Position numbers and translations under genes: made by a program
Notes under the pieces: generated by a model
Database searches by the model: none
What the model was told of the DNA's origin: nothing
The model's input: the letters and a program-made list of their open reading frames with translations, nothing else
Origin: Chloroflexota bacterium
GTDB lineage: Bacteria > Chloroflexota > Dehalococcoidia > Lucifugimonadales > JADFKI01
Direction of reading: 5' to 3'
DNA: 64,000 nucleotides
Assembly (NCBI GenBank): GCA_027623195.1
Contig: JAQBUT010000011.1
Coordinates: 1-64,000 of the forward strand
Part shown: positions 32,760 through 41,613 of the stretch, in pieces
How positions within the stretch are numbered: the stretch's first letter is position 1
Layout: each line of letters begins with the position of its first letter

Positions 32760-33380
32760 CTATCCCTGACGCTGGCGAAGCTCCGCCCACACGTCTTTCG
32801 GGGGAACTCCGTTGGCTGATAACAGCACCATGACGTGATAGAGAAGGTCTGCGGTTTCCCTTACCAGGTGTTCCTTATCCCCAGTCATGCCAGCGAGGGC
32901 CGTCTCTCCGCCCTCTTCGATAACCTTCTGGCTGATGCGCTCCATGCCGTCCTGGAATAGCTTGGTTGTGTAGCTACCCTCTGGCATGGCCTCTTTTCGG
33001 TCCTGTATAACGGCGAACAGGTCTTCCAAAACTCCGGGTCCAGTCTCTTCGCGGAAGAAATCTGGTTGCTCGCTCAGGTCAGTGAAGAAGCAAGTAGGGT
33101 TTCCCGTGTGGCAAATGGGGCCGTCGGGCTCAACCTTCAGGATAATCGTGTCGCCGTCGCAGTCCACAGAGGCCGACTTTACACGCATGTAGTTTCCCGA
33201 AACTTCGCCCTTATGCCACAGTTCAGACCGGCTGCGGCTGTAGAACCAGACCTCGCCGCCCTCCAAAGTACGTTTGAGGGAGCCAGGGTTCATGTAGCCC
33301 AGCATTAGCACGTCTCCGGTGTTAACGTCCTGCGCTATGGCCGGCACCAGGCCTTTTTCGTCTAGTTTCACGTCTACCAT
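32760..33380 (-). CDS. hisIE: Bifunctional phosphoribosyl-AMP cyclohydrolase / phosphoribosyl-ATP pyrophosphatase
   Basis: SRSRSELWHKG, DCDGD, CHTG..TCF, GSYT, ETADLLYH. Confidence 0.96.
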   Translation of the reverse strand: MVDVKLDEKGLVPAIAQDVNTGDVLMLGYMNPGSLKRTLEGGEVWFYSRSRSELWHKGEVSGNYMRVKSASVDCDGDTIILKVEPDGPICHTGNPTCFFTDLSEQPDFFREETGPGVLEDLFAVIQDRKEAMPEGSYTTKLFQDGMERISQKVIEEGGETALAGMTGDKEHLVRETADLLYHVMVLLSANGVPPKDVWAELRQRQG

Positions 33381-33399
33381 GCGTCACCTGTAAGAGAAC

Positions 33400-34230
33400 T
33401 CATGCCTTGGGTTTGCCCCGTATCGGCATACCGTTCTTTGCTAGATATTCCTTGACTTCCCCAATGGGATGGGTGCCGTAGTGAAATATGCTGGCGGCCA
33501 ACACGGCATCGGCTTTGCCCTCGTCCAGCGCCTCCAACAGATGTTGGGGGTTCCCTGCCCCGCCACTGGCGATCACTGGGATTGTCACGCCCTCTGAGAT
33601 TGTCCGGAGCAATTCCAGGTCGTAGCCTGTGAGTTGCCCGTCGGTATCCATACTGGTTACGAGCAGCTCGCCTGCGCCCAGGTCCGCGGACCTCTTGGCC
33701 CATTTCACGGCATCAATGCCCATAGGGGTGCGTCCCCCGTGGGTGTATACCTGCCACCTGGAAGTCTCGTCAAGCGCGAGGTCCGGGTCGACGCCTGGTT
33801 TGGGGTGCCCCAGGCTGTCCTCGTCGGTGCAACCCTTGGCGTCTATCGCTACCACAATGCACTGAGATCCGAAAAAGTCGGCAGCATCTGCTATGAGCTG
33901 TGGATTTTCGATAGCCGCCGTATTCAGCGATGTCTTGTCGGCCCCCGCTTCCAGCATGCGGCGAATGTCTGCGACGCTGCGCAGGCCGCCCCCGACCGTA
34001 AGCGGTATAAAGACCTGCTCAGACACCTGCTTTACCACTTCTATCATGATGTCGCGGGCGTCGGCGCTGGCCGTGATATCGAGGAAGACCAGTTCGTCAG
34101 CGCCCTCTTTGTCGTAGAAGGCAGCTAACTCTTTTGGGTCGCCTGCGTCCCTTATGTCGACGAAGCTGACGCCCTTCACCACCCTTCCCCTGTCAACATC
34201 AAGACACGGGATGATCCGCTTGGTTAGCAT
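33400..34230 (-). CDS. hisF: Imidazole glycerol phosphate synthase cyclase subunit
   Basis: [40 protein letters not shown]. Confidence 0.97.
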   Translation of the reverse strand: MLTKRIIPCLDVDRGRVVKGVSFVDIRDAGDPKELAAFYDKEGADELVFLDITASADARDIMIEVVKQVSEQVFIPLTVGGGLRSVADIRRMLEAGADKTSLNTAAIENPQLIADAADFFGSQCIVVAIDAKGCTDEDSLGHPKPGVDPDLALDETSRWQVYTHGGRTPMGIDAVKWAKRSADLGAGELLVTSMDTDGQLTGYDLELLRTISEGVTIPVIASGGAGNPQHLLEALDEGKADAVLAASIFHYGTHPIGEVKEYLAKNGMPIRGKPKA

Positions 34231-34237
34231 GAGTACC

Positions 34238-35542
34238 TTACTTGCGCATAATCAGCATGTACTGATTGTCGTTCAGGCTGTGCCGTGAAGTCAGGCGGAA
34301 TCCAACATCCTGTGCCATCTTCAGAAGGTCGGCTTCGCTAAGTCGCTGGCGGAGTGGCGGTCCTGCATTTCTGTCCATCTTGTTCCACTCGATCAACGTA
34401 AGCCAGGCACCACGGTGCATACATCGAAGGGCCTCTTGCAAAAGCCCTTTGGAGTCCTTGGACTCCGCAACGGAAAATGCCGCAAACGCCCCGTCCAAGG
34501 AATCATCATCAATAGGTAGTTTGCCGTCCTGAGATAGCCTGGTTTCAGTATTCGTGAGGTTGATTTTTTTGATCTGTTCCGCAGTAGCGTTCAGCATTTC
34601 CTGGTCTTCATCCACGGCGTAAACCTTGCCGCTGAATACGTACTTGGCAAAAGGCACAGTGAAGTAGCCCGAGCCGCAGCCAATGTCCACGATGGACTGG
34701 TAAGGCAGCATAGGAAGGATTGCCAGCACCCTCTGAGGATCGATCTCTTGGTAATGTGTGGTTATAGTTGCTACGCTCTTGTCTTCCGGCATTAACACGT
34801 ACCTCTTATTCAGTTTGTGTCCTACATTATTCAGGGCTTCGATAGCTGTGGTCAACGAGATGTCACCCGTATAAAGCGCGGTCCCCACTACGGCTCCCTC
34901 TACCCCAATGGAGGCGAGTCGCAGTATGTGGTCGCACGTGGATATGCCTCCAGCAGCTATTAGACTGACCACCTGTTGTGCAATGAGCTGCTCGATGGCC
35001 TGGAAATTGGGCTCCGTAAGCGTTCCATCCCGCGAGATGTCTGTGTATAAGAAGCGGGTTACGCCTCTTTCGCCCATCTCTTTTATCACGTCGGACGCCA
35101 TAACCTGACTGCTTTCGGTCCATCCACGAAGGGCCACGAGGCCGTCCTTAGCGTCCACGGTGACGATAATCCTATCAGACCCCAGGCTCTGCACCAGGCC
35201 CTTTATGAGCTCTGGATCATCTATGGCAGCGGTGCCTACCATGATACGCGCTGCCCCTGCGGATACCAGTTCCTCCGCCGATTCTCTGGTGCGCACCCCG
35301 CCCCCTACTTGGACAGGCACCTTGACGGATGAAGCAATGGCTCGTATCACATCCAGGTTTGCGGGCTTACCATCTTTCGCGCCGTCCAGGTCCACCACAT
35401 GCAGCCTGGTCGCGCCCATTTCCACCCACCGGTTCGCCATCTCGGTCGGGTCGTCTGAGTATACCGTTTCGCGGGCGTAATCTCCCTGGTAAAGACGGAC
35501 GCACTTGCCACCTCGCAGGTCTATGGCAGGAATTATCTCCAT
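34238..35542 (-). CDS. hisA: HisA in frame with a C-terminal class I SAM methyltransferase domain (own start at 34792)
   Basis: [32 protein letters not shown]; then [18 protein letters not shown]...GPP. Confidence 0.9.
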   Translation of the reverse strand: MEIIPAIDLRGGKCVRLYQGDYARETVYSDDPTEMANRWVEMGATRLHVVDLDGAKDGKPANLDVIRAIASSVKVPVQVGGGVRTRESAEELVSAGAARIMVGTAAIDDPELIKGLVQSLGSDRIIVTVDAKDGLVALRGWTESSQVMASDVIKEMGERGVTRFLYTDISRDGTLTEPNFQAIEQLIAQQVVSLIAAGGISTCDHILRLASIGVEGAVVGTALYTGDISLTTAIEALNNVGHKLNKRYVLMPEDKSVATITTHYQEIDPQRVLAILPMLPYQSIVDIGCGSGYFTVPFAKYVFSGKVYAVDEDQEMLNATAEQIKKINLTNTETRLSQDGKLPIDDDSLDGAFAAFSVAESKDSKGLLQEALRCMHRGAWLTLIEWNKMDRNAGPPLRQRLSEADLLKMAQDVGFRLTSRHSLNDNQYMLIMRK

Positions 35543-36177
35543 ACGCCGGCCGCTTTAGTCTGCTCTACCAGTTTAACGAAATTTTCGTAAATGATAAGGC
35601 CAACATCGCCGCTCTTTTCAGGATGGAACTGAACCGCCGTCACGTTGTCCCAGGCGACGGCGCTGCAAAAGTTCATTCCGTAGTCGGTGGTTCCGGCGAT
35701 AACGGACTCATCTTCAGGGTCTGCATAATAACTATGCACGAAATAGAAGTAAGAACCGGCAGGAATGCCTTTTAGGACCGGGTGGTCCAGTTTGAAATCC
35801 ACCTGGTTCCAGCCCATGTGCGGTATCTTCTGTCCAGCCGGTAGCCTGCGTACCCTGCCCTTCAAGATTCCGAGACAGGCCTCGTCCCCTTCGTCAGACT
35901 CCTCAAGCAGAAGCTGTAAACCCAGGCATACGCCCAGGAACGGCTTTCCGCTGAGAATAGATTCCTTGATGGGCCCCTCAAGGCCCAACTCGCGAATGTG
36001 TCGCATGGACGAATCGCACGCGCCCTGGCCTGGGAAGACAACACCGTCTGCCTGCCTGATGGCTTCGGGGTCCGAAGTCGCGATCGCTGCCGCGCCACAT
36101 TTCTCCAGCGCCTTCTGCACGCTGCGAAGGTTTCCCGCCTGGTAGTCTACTATGGCGATTTGGGGCCTGTTCTCCAA
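35533..36177 (-). CDS. hisH: Imidazole glycerol phosphate synthase glutaminase subunit
   Basis: DYQAGNLRSV, GVCLGLQ, PHMGWN, YFVHSY, QFHPEKS. Confidence 0.97.
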   Translation of the reverse strand: MENRPQIAIVDYQAGNLRSVQKALEKCGAAAIATSDPEAIRQADGVVFPGQGACDSSMRHIRELGLEGPIKESILSGKPFLGVCLGLQLLLEESDEGDEACLGILKGRVRRLPAGQKIPHMGWNQVDFKLDHPVLKGIPAGSYFYFVHSYYADPEDESVIAGTTDYGMNFCSAVAWDNVTAVQFHPEKSGDVGLIIYENFVKLVEQTKAAGVWR

Positions 36178-36178
36178 T

Positions 36179-36745
36179 CTAGTCTGCCTTTACACGGGTG
36201 CCGGTTACGATCTCCATGGGTAGGTCTCTGTCAACATACCTGGCCATCATGAACAGAAGGTCTGCCAGTCGATTGACGTATCGAAGTATCTCGGGGTTGG
36301 GGAGTTGGCCTGCCTGGTCCAAGGCGACAACACGCCGTTCGGCACCTCGGAGGGCGCTCCTCGCCAGATCCAGCGCACCGGAAGTCGGCGAAGCGCCGGG
36401 TATGATGAAATTCGGTGGTAGCTCAACCTCAGATCCCAGTTCGTCTATCCAGACTTCAAGCTGATCCACGTTGGCAGAAGTTATGCCCTCGAACGTCGAT
36501 GTGTACTTCTCATAATTCTCGATGCCCGTCGCCAACTCTCCGCTGAGAGTGAACATCTCTCGTTGGAGCTGAAGAATCATTTCCTGGACACGGGGCTCTG
36601 TCGCCAACGCCCGCGCGAATCCCATGGCAGAGGTGGCGAAGTCGGCCTCACCGTATGCAACGCACCTGGGATCGGTTTTGGACACCCTTCCACCGAACAG
36701 CAGGCCGGTCGTTCCATCGTCGCCCGACTTGGTGTAAATCTTCAT
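36179..36745 (-). CDS. PduO-type cob(I)alamin adenosyltransferase
   Basis: KIYTKSGDDGTT, FIIPG, RGAERR, YVNRLADLLF. Confidence 0.9.
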   Translation of the reverse strand: MKIYTKSGDDGTTGLLFGGRVSKTDPRCVAYGEADFATSAMGFARALATEPRVQEMILQLQREMFTLSGELATGIENYEKYTSTFEGITSANVDQLEVWIDELGSEVELPPNFIIPGASPTSGALDLARSALRGAERRVVALDQAGQLPNPEILRYVNRLADLLFMMARYVDRDLPMEIVTGTRVKAD

Positions 36746-36844
36746 TTATTTCGACCTCCGGTACTGGTGGCATTATATCAGCTACGGGTATGGCCGGACA
36801 GGGATTTGGGTGCGCTTCCGAATGGGTAAACGGCTATAACAGAA

Positions 36845-36879
36845 TCGACCCGACGATATGTGTGTTCGTCGGGTCGATG
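36845..36879. terminator. Hairpin downstream of hsp20
   Basis: 13-bp inverted repeat ATCGACCCGACGA...TCGTCGGGTCGAT. Confidence 0.55.
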
Positions 36880-36936
36880 GCTAGGACGTGGCGCTTCCAG
36901 ATTAGCCAGGGCGCCTTCCAGGCTTAAAGGCTGACG

Positions 36937-37374
36937 TTATGCGACCTTGATCTCCAGGCGCTTGGCCTTTTTGGCCTCAGCCTTGGGGAAGGTAATCGTG
37001 AGCACACCGTCCGCGTATACGGTCTCTACCTTCTCGGTATCAACGGTGTCAGGTAGTCGGATGGCACGATAGAAGTTGCCGGCCCTACGCTCGCGTAGCA
37101 GGTACTTATCACCACGTTCCTCGTGCTTCTCTTTCGTTTCGCCTTTTATGGTCAGGAGATCGTCTTCCACGGTTACGTTAATATCCTCGGCCTTGATGCC
37201 TGGTAGCGTAGCCTTTACCAGTATCTTGTCGTCCTCGGCGACCACATCCAGCGGCACGGCCCATCGTTCTATGTCCGCATCCGCAAGTCCGTCGCCATTG
37301 GAACGCCAGGTCCGATTGAACGCTTCGTCTAGCTTTCGCATCTCCTTGAACGGATCCCATCTCATCATGACCAT
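36937..37374 (-). CDS. Hsp20/alpha-crystallin small heat shock protein
   Basis: RWDPF, LPGI...I.V, RERRAGNFYR, DGVLTI..PK. Confidence 0.95.
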   Translation of the reverse strand: MVMMRWDPFKEMRKLDEAFNRTWRSNGDGLADADIERWAVPLDVVAEDDKILVKATLPGIKAEDINVTVEDDLLTIKGETKEKHEERGDKYLLRERRAGNFYRAIRLPDTVDTEKVETVYADGVLTITFPKAEAKKAKRLEIKVA

Positions 37375-37447
37375 GACATTCTCCTCTCCACTTATTACTT
37401 GTTGCCTCTACTGATGATTGGGCGATCATTCGTCACCCTTCATGACA

Positions 37448-37477
37448 ATTATAATTAGTATGCTTTTAACTTATCAA
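37448..37477 (-). promoter_or_regulatory. Promoter of hsp20
   Basis: Minus strand TTGATA-18 nt-TATAAT. Confidence 0.6.
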
Positions 37478-37544
37478 GAAACTTATAGAAAATAAAAGAA
37501 GTTATGTTGTTGGGTCACATAATATATGCTAAAATCAATTTGCT

Positions 37545-38444
37545 ATGCCAACAAACTATTACGACATACTGGGCGTTTCTAGAAACGCCGACCAAAAAGA
37601 GATAAAGCAGGCCTACAGAAAGTTGGCCCGCAAGTATCACCCTGACCTTAATTCCGGCGACAAAGAGGCCGAGAAGAAGTTCAAGGAGATCAACGAGGCC
37701 AATGAGGTGCTGTCGGACCCAGAAAAACGCACCAAGTATGATCGCTATGGTGACAACTGGAAGCACGCGGAAAGGGTCCAGCAGTCGGCAAATGGTGCGC
37801 CATTCAGGTGGTCCAGTGGGGGAGGGTCTTTCCAGGATGCCGACTTCAGCTCCTTTGGCAACATGGAGGACCTGATGGGTGGCATGGGCGGGGTCTTCAG
37901 TGGCGGTCGCCGCAGGCCCGCACCCAGGCCCCATGTTGATGTAGCTGTGGAAGTATCGCTTGAGGAGGCGTTTTCCGGCACTAAACGTCAGGTATCCATG
38001 CCTTCCGGAACCGGCAGCCGTCGTATCGAGGTGTCGATTCCTGCAGGCGTCAAGACGGGTTCGAGGGTTCACATCGCTGTCGACAAAAATACGCAACTGT
38101 TCCTTCGAATAACGGTGAATGCGCATCCCATATTCCAGCGGGAGGGCAACGACCTCTATACCGACGTTAGCATACCGTTTGAGGACGCTATTCTAGGTGG
38201 TGACGTCGATGTACGGACACTAAAAGGGAAGGTTCGCCTGAAGGTGGCACCTGACAGTCAGGGTGGTCAGAAGATTCGTCTGGCAGGGCAAGGCATGCCT
38301 GTCCTGAATGACATCAAGACTCGCGGCGACCTTTATGTGACTCTTCGCCCTACCCTGCCCAAAGGCATTACAGACGAAGAGCGAGAGCTTCTGGTGAAGT
38401 TCAAGGCCTTGCGCGCTGAGGTTGAAGCGGTGGAGGCGGAGTAA
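37545..38444 (+). CDS. DnaJ-class chaperone without zinc finger (CbpA-like)
   Basis: J domain with HPD, G/F region, DnaJ C-terminal domain, no CxxCxGxG repeats. Confidence 0.93.
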   Translation: MPTNYYDILGVSRNADQKEIKQAYRKLARKYHPDLNSGDKEAEKKFKEINEANEVLSDPEKRTKYDRYGDNWKHAERVQQSANGAPFRWSSGGGSFQDADFSSFGNMEDLMGGMGGVFSGGRRRPAPRPHVDVAVEVSLEEAFSGTKRQVSMPSGTGSRRIEVSIPAGVKTGSRVHIAVDKNTQLFLRITVNAHPIFQREGNDLYTDVSIPFEDAILGGDVDVRTLKGKVRLKVAPDSQGGQKIRLAGQGMPVLNDIKTRGDLYVTLRPTLPKGITDEERELLVKFKALRAEVEAVEAE

Positions 38445-38450
38445 TCGATT

Positions 38451-38777
38451 ATGGCGACAGACGAAATGTTTGGCCATGAAGAGCCAATATTTATCATAAG
38501 CGTAGCTGCACGCATGCTGGGCGTACGAACGCAAACGCTGCGCTACTACGAGCGTCTTGGACTTATCGAACCAGATCGCACTCAAGGCAACCAGCGGATT
38601 TTCTCTCGCAGCGACATTGAGCGAGTGCAGCGCATACGGAGCCTGATGGAAGAGCTGGGTGTGAACCTCGCCGGTGTTGAGGTTGTGCTGAAGCTTCTGG
38701 CGCGGCTGCAGACCGCAGAGGACGAAATTCAGGCGCTGAAGGACCAGAACCAGCGGCTCAAGGAACGCATTTCCTAG
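38451..38777 (+). CDS. MerR family regulator, HspR-like
   Basis: ISVAARMLG...QTLRYYERLGLIEP.RT.G..R, LGVNLAGV. Confidence 0.88.
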   Translation: MATDEMFGHEEPIFIISVAARMLGVRTQTLRYYERLGLIEPDRTQGNQRIFSRSDIERVQRIRSLMEELGVNLAGVEVVLKLLARLQTAEDEIQALKDQNQRLKERIS

Positions 38778-38844
38778 CGCCGATTTCGCCAACATTCGTC
38801 GTCTAAGAATAGGCCCGTTATTGACTAAGAGGGGCCATTCACCA

Positions 38845-38873
38845 GAATGTCATTCCTAGGCGGAATGACATTC
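38845..38873. repeat. Perfect palindrome, REP-like
   Basis: GAATGTCATTCC-TAGGC-GGAATGACATTC (12-bp arms). Confidence 0.6.
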
Positions 38874-38910
38874 AACATCGTTTTTATGCAAATCTGAATC
38901 AAGTAAATAA

Positions 38911-39666
38911 TCAGCGGAAAATCTTACTTATCACAACCTCATCGCCGAGTAAGACTTCAACATTTACGGGTTCACGGATTTCTGTAATTATTCGGACGTT
39001 GTAATCTCCCGAAGCTGACTCTATGGTTTCGTATATTCCATCTTCGGTAACTCTCTGTGTTGTGAATACGAATGGCTCAAGCTTAAATAGGCTTAATGAT
39101 GCAATACTTGGGCACGCTGCATAGACGGTAACCGAAGGGACTGAGAAGGGTGTGTCCACTGAGAGAATGGCGTCGAACATAGGCCGACACTTGTGCATTC
39201 CCAATTCTGGATTCGTGAGATTCAATTTTGGCGCCGTTAATTGTGGTGAACCTTTCTTATCTTCTTCAGACTGAGCATGTGGAGGGCTAGGAGAAGGCCG
39301 CGGGTCAGTAATTCTAAATAATTCTGTATAGGTATCGCGCCCATCGGCCCTAGCTCTAATACGTGCCGAATATTCTTTGGTTTCATTGTCCATTGCATTG
39401 GTCATTGCGTATGCCGGTACTGTAAAGGAAACGTGATTTCGCCCCGTCCCCATTAGCTTCAACGGATAACTTACCCCAATCGCAGGGAATTCTACATCGG
39501 CAATCTGAAGCCATAACTCACTCACATCAGTCACTAGCATTGAAGGTCTTAACGTGAGGTGAACCTGCACCTTGAATGTGCCATTGTTGGGTTGCTGGGA
39601 CTTAACCAAGGCCTCGTGTATATCGATGTTCACTGGTGGCGGAAGGAAATCTTCAAACTGATACAC
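38911..39666 (-). CDS. Hypothetical protein (possibly the 3' part of a frameshifted gene)
   Basis: 251-aa ORF with AT-richer codons, no recognised motif, no clear SD. Confidence 0.5.
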   Translation of the reverse strand: MYQFEDFLPPPVNIDIHEALVKSQQPNNGTFKVQVHLTLRPSMLVTDVSELWLQIADVEFPAIGVSYPLKLMGTGRNHVSFTVPAYAMTNAMDNETKEYSARIRARADGRDTYTELFRITDPRPSPSPPHAQSEEDKKGSPQLTAPKLNLTNPELGMHKCRPMFDAILSVDTPFSVPSVTVYAACPSIASLSLFKLEPFVFTTQRVTEDGIYETIESASGDYNVRIITEIREPVNVEVLLGDEVVISKIFR

Positions 39667-39925
39667 TACCCGAATTTGTAACGGATGGTACTTCGGCCTC
39701 TACTGTGACCTTGGGTTTGGTCCACCAAAGACCCCACAGCAGCAGTGCTAAGCCCACAACTGGAAAGCCAATTTGGAAAAAAGAGAGTGTGGGATTGAAA
39801 GTAACGACGGTACTCTCATTGCCAGGTGTGTATCGGTCGATGATGGATAACCACGAGTCAAAAGCACCTGGTGCCGTGACCAAAAGAAAGACGATAATAA
39901 CAACGGCAATTCGGCGTTTGTCCAT
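39653..39925 (-). CDS. Hypothetical two-TM membrane protein
   Basis: MDKRRIAVV...; two hydrophobic segments; TATGAT 6 nt upstream of the ATG; overlaps the next ORF by 14 nt. Confidence 0.55.
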   Translation of the reverse strand: MDKRRIAVVIIVFLLVTAPGAFDSWLSIIDRYTPGNESTVVTFNPTLSFFQIGFPVVGLALLLWGLWWTKPKVTVEAEVPSVTNSGSVSV

Positions 39926-40003
39926 ACGGGAATCATATCTCAACACCCCGCACGAAATAGATATTCACCAATCACTGATTGAAAACCCCCAAATCGCGGA
40001 CGC

Positions 40004-40036
40004 AAAAAAGGGGCGCACTTATGTGCGCCCCCTTTT
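40004..40036 (-). terminator. Intrinsic terminator after the moeB-like gene
   Basis: AAAAAAGGGGCGCAC-TTAT-GTGCGCCCCCTTTT. Confidence 0.85.
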
Positions 40037-40058
40037 ATTGAATTACATTCGGTTCGGG

Positions 40059-40892
40059 CTAATGAGCCAATGAAGGCATACCGCAGAACATTTCGTAATC
40101 GATAAGTTCTGTAACGGTAGGGTTGTCCCCGCATAGCGGGCACTCCGGGTTCCTTCGTAGCTTAACGGTGCGGAAGTCCATATCTAGCGCGTCGATGAGG
40201 AGCAGTCTTCCCGACAGCGACTTGCCGACTCCGAGAATCAATTTGACCGTCTCGGTGGCCTGGATAGTGCCGACCATTCCCGGCAGCATACCTAGCACGC
40301 CGGCCTCGGCGCAGCTTGGCACCTCACCCGGAGGCGGGGGCGTTGGGAACAGGCAGCGGTAGCAGCCAGCGCCCGGCAGGTACACAGACGCCATGCCATC
40401 AAATAGAAGAATGCTTCCATCCACCAGAGGCTTGTTGCTCAGGTACGCCGCGTCGTTTACCAGGTAACGAGCAGGGAAGTTGTCGGCCCCGTTAACGATG
40501 ATGTCGTATTCGGGGATGATGTCGAAGGCGTTCGCCGAGGTAATGGGCTCTTCGTGTAGGATTACATTTACATCCGGGTTGTAAGCTTTCAGCGTGGCGT
40601 AGGCCGATTGAGCCTTAGACTTTCCGATGTCGTCGTTCTGGTGCAGAATCTGGCGCTGCAGGTTGGTAACGTCAACAGTGTCGAAATCGACAATGCCGAT
40701 TGTGCCCACCCCTGCCAGTGTGAGATAAATTGCGATTGGAGAGCCCAAGCCGCCTGCTCCAACCATCAGTACTTTGGCGTCGAGAAGCTTGCGCTGTCCC
40801 GCGCTTCCAACCTGAGGCATGATAATGTGCCGGCTGTACCTTTGAACTTGATAAGGCGTTAGCGCCTGGGTCTGAGTTTCGGTCTGGGTCAT
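40059..40892 (-). CDS. moeB: MoeB/ThiF family sulfur-carrier adenylyltransferase (E1-like, no rhodanese domain)
   Basis: RYSRHI, GAGGLG, NLQRQ, DNFPARY, CYRC, PSCAEAGVLG, CPLC. Confidence 0.9.
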   Translation of the reverse strand: MTQTETQTQALTPYQVQRYSRHIIMPQVGSAGQRKLLDAKVLMVGAGGLGSPIAIYLTLAGVGTIGIVDFDTVDVTNLQRQILHQNDDIGKSKAQSAYATLKAYNPDVNVILHEEPITSANAFDIIPEYDIIVNGADNFPARYLVNDAAYLSNKPLVDGSILLFDGMASVYLPGAGCYRCLFPTPPPPGEVPSCAEAGVLGMLPGMVGTIQATETVKLILGVGKSLSGRLLLIDALDMDFRTVKLRRNPECPLCGDNPTVTELIDYEMFCGMPSLAH

Positions 40893-40995
40893 ATTTGGAT
40901 TTCCTCCGTGGCCTTTAATCTTTAGATGCCTATTCGCAAGAACCGGTGCTACTGTTTAACTAAATCTCTGGTATTCCGGCCCAAAGTTAAGGAAT

Positions 40996-41037
40996 AAAAA
41001 AACTCCACTAAAAACCGCCTGGGGGTCACAGTGGAGC
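40996..41037 (-). terminator. Attenuator terminator in the moeB 5' leader
   Basis: Minus strand CTCCACT...AGTGGAG followed by T7, about 100 nt upstream of the moeB start. Confidence 0.7.
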
Positions 41038-41125
41038 TTGGTCTGGTCGCTGGCCACTGGGAATGGAATCCCACTAACCAACGTTGTTCAAACCTGGTTG
41101 GCCTACTCGAGGCCAACTCCCTGTT

Positions 41126-41179
41126 TTAGACCACCTGATATTTGGTGGAGCAACAGAGGCAGCTAGCTTTGCAAATCAT
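41126..41179 (-). CDS. Putative Cys-rich leader peptide MICKASCLCCSTKYQVV
   Basis: 17 codons with 4 Cys, including a tandem TGT-TGC, between promoter and terminator. Confidence 0.65.
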   Translation of the reverse strand: MICKASCLCCSTKYQVV

Positions 41180-41218
41180 GCTTTTCTCGATAAACAGCGT
41201 TTGCGCGCGTGCATTAGA

Positions 41219-41247
41219 AGTATAGCATGGCGGGGTTTTGACTTCAA
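41219..41247 (-). promoter_or_regulatory. Promoter of the leader-moeB transcript
   Basis: Minus strand TTGAAG-17 nt-TATACT with extended TG. Confidence 0.65.
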
Positions 41248-41340
41248 CTGAGGCATATGTCGTCCCTTAGTCCAACTCCTGCGGACCGCCCTATACGCCT
41301 GCGCGCGCCCTTGTTGCCTAAATAGTATCCTAAATTTGCG

Positions 41341-41369
41341 TTGACATGCCTAGGTGCCGCAGTTAACAT
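41341..41369 (+). promoter_or_regulatory. Promoter of otsA
   Basis: TTGACA-17 nt-TAACAT. Confidence 0.55.
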
Positions 41370-41413
41370 ACGGGCCACTGATGAACTCGTGTTCAGATGC
41401 TCAGGCGCGGGTG

Positions 41414-41445
41414 AATCAGTCCATGTAAATCAGTCCATGTAAATC
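41414..41445 (+). repeat. 14-bp tandem duplication
   Basis: AATCAGTCCATGTA twice, plus AATC. Confidence 0.85.
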
Positions 41446-41613
41446 CCCCCCAATAAAATGTCCGCCTGAGTCTCGGCTTCTCTAAATCAGGATTCACTCG
41501 GGTCCGAGTTTGTTGGTTGAGAGCTATTCGACCCGCATGAATTGTCCTGCCGGGTGAACTTGTTATCCATGTCCCGTGTCATTAGTTAGGGGCAGACAGC
41601 GTATGAGGTAACG

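Noticed and set aside
33770..33840. ~20-aa insertion in HisF
   Set aside because: It falls in a known variable surface loop; no intein or repeat signature
39636..40073. Plus-strand ORF containing IENPQIADA, similar to a HisF peptide
   Set aside because: It is antisense to other ORFs and runs through a terminator; the short match is most likely chance
40900..41220. T-box or SAM riboswitch upstream of moeB
   Set aside because: No GGTGGNACC T-box and no complete SAM-I core; the leader-peptide model fits better
41414..41445. CRISPR array
   Set aside because: Two adjacent 14-mers with no spacers and no cas genes
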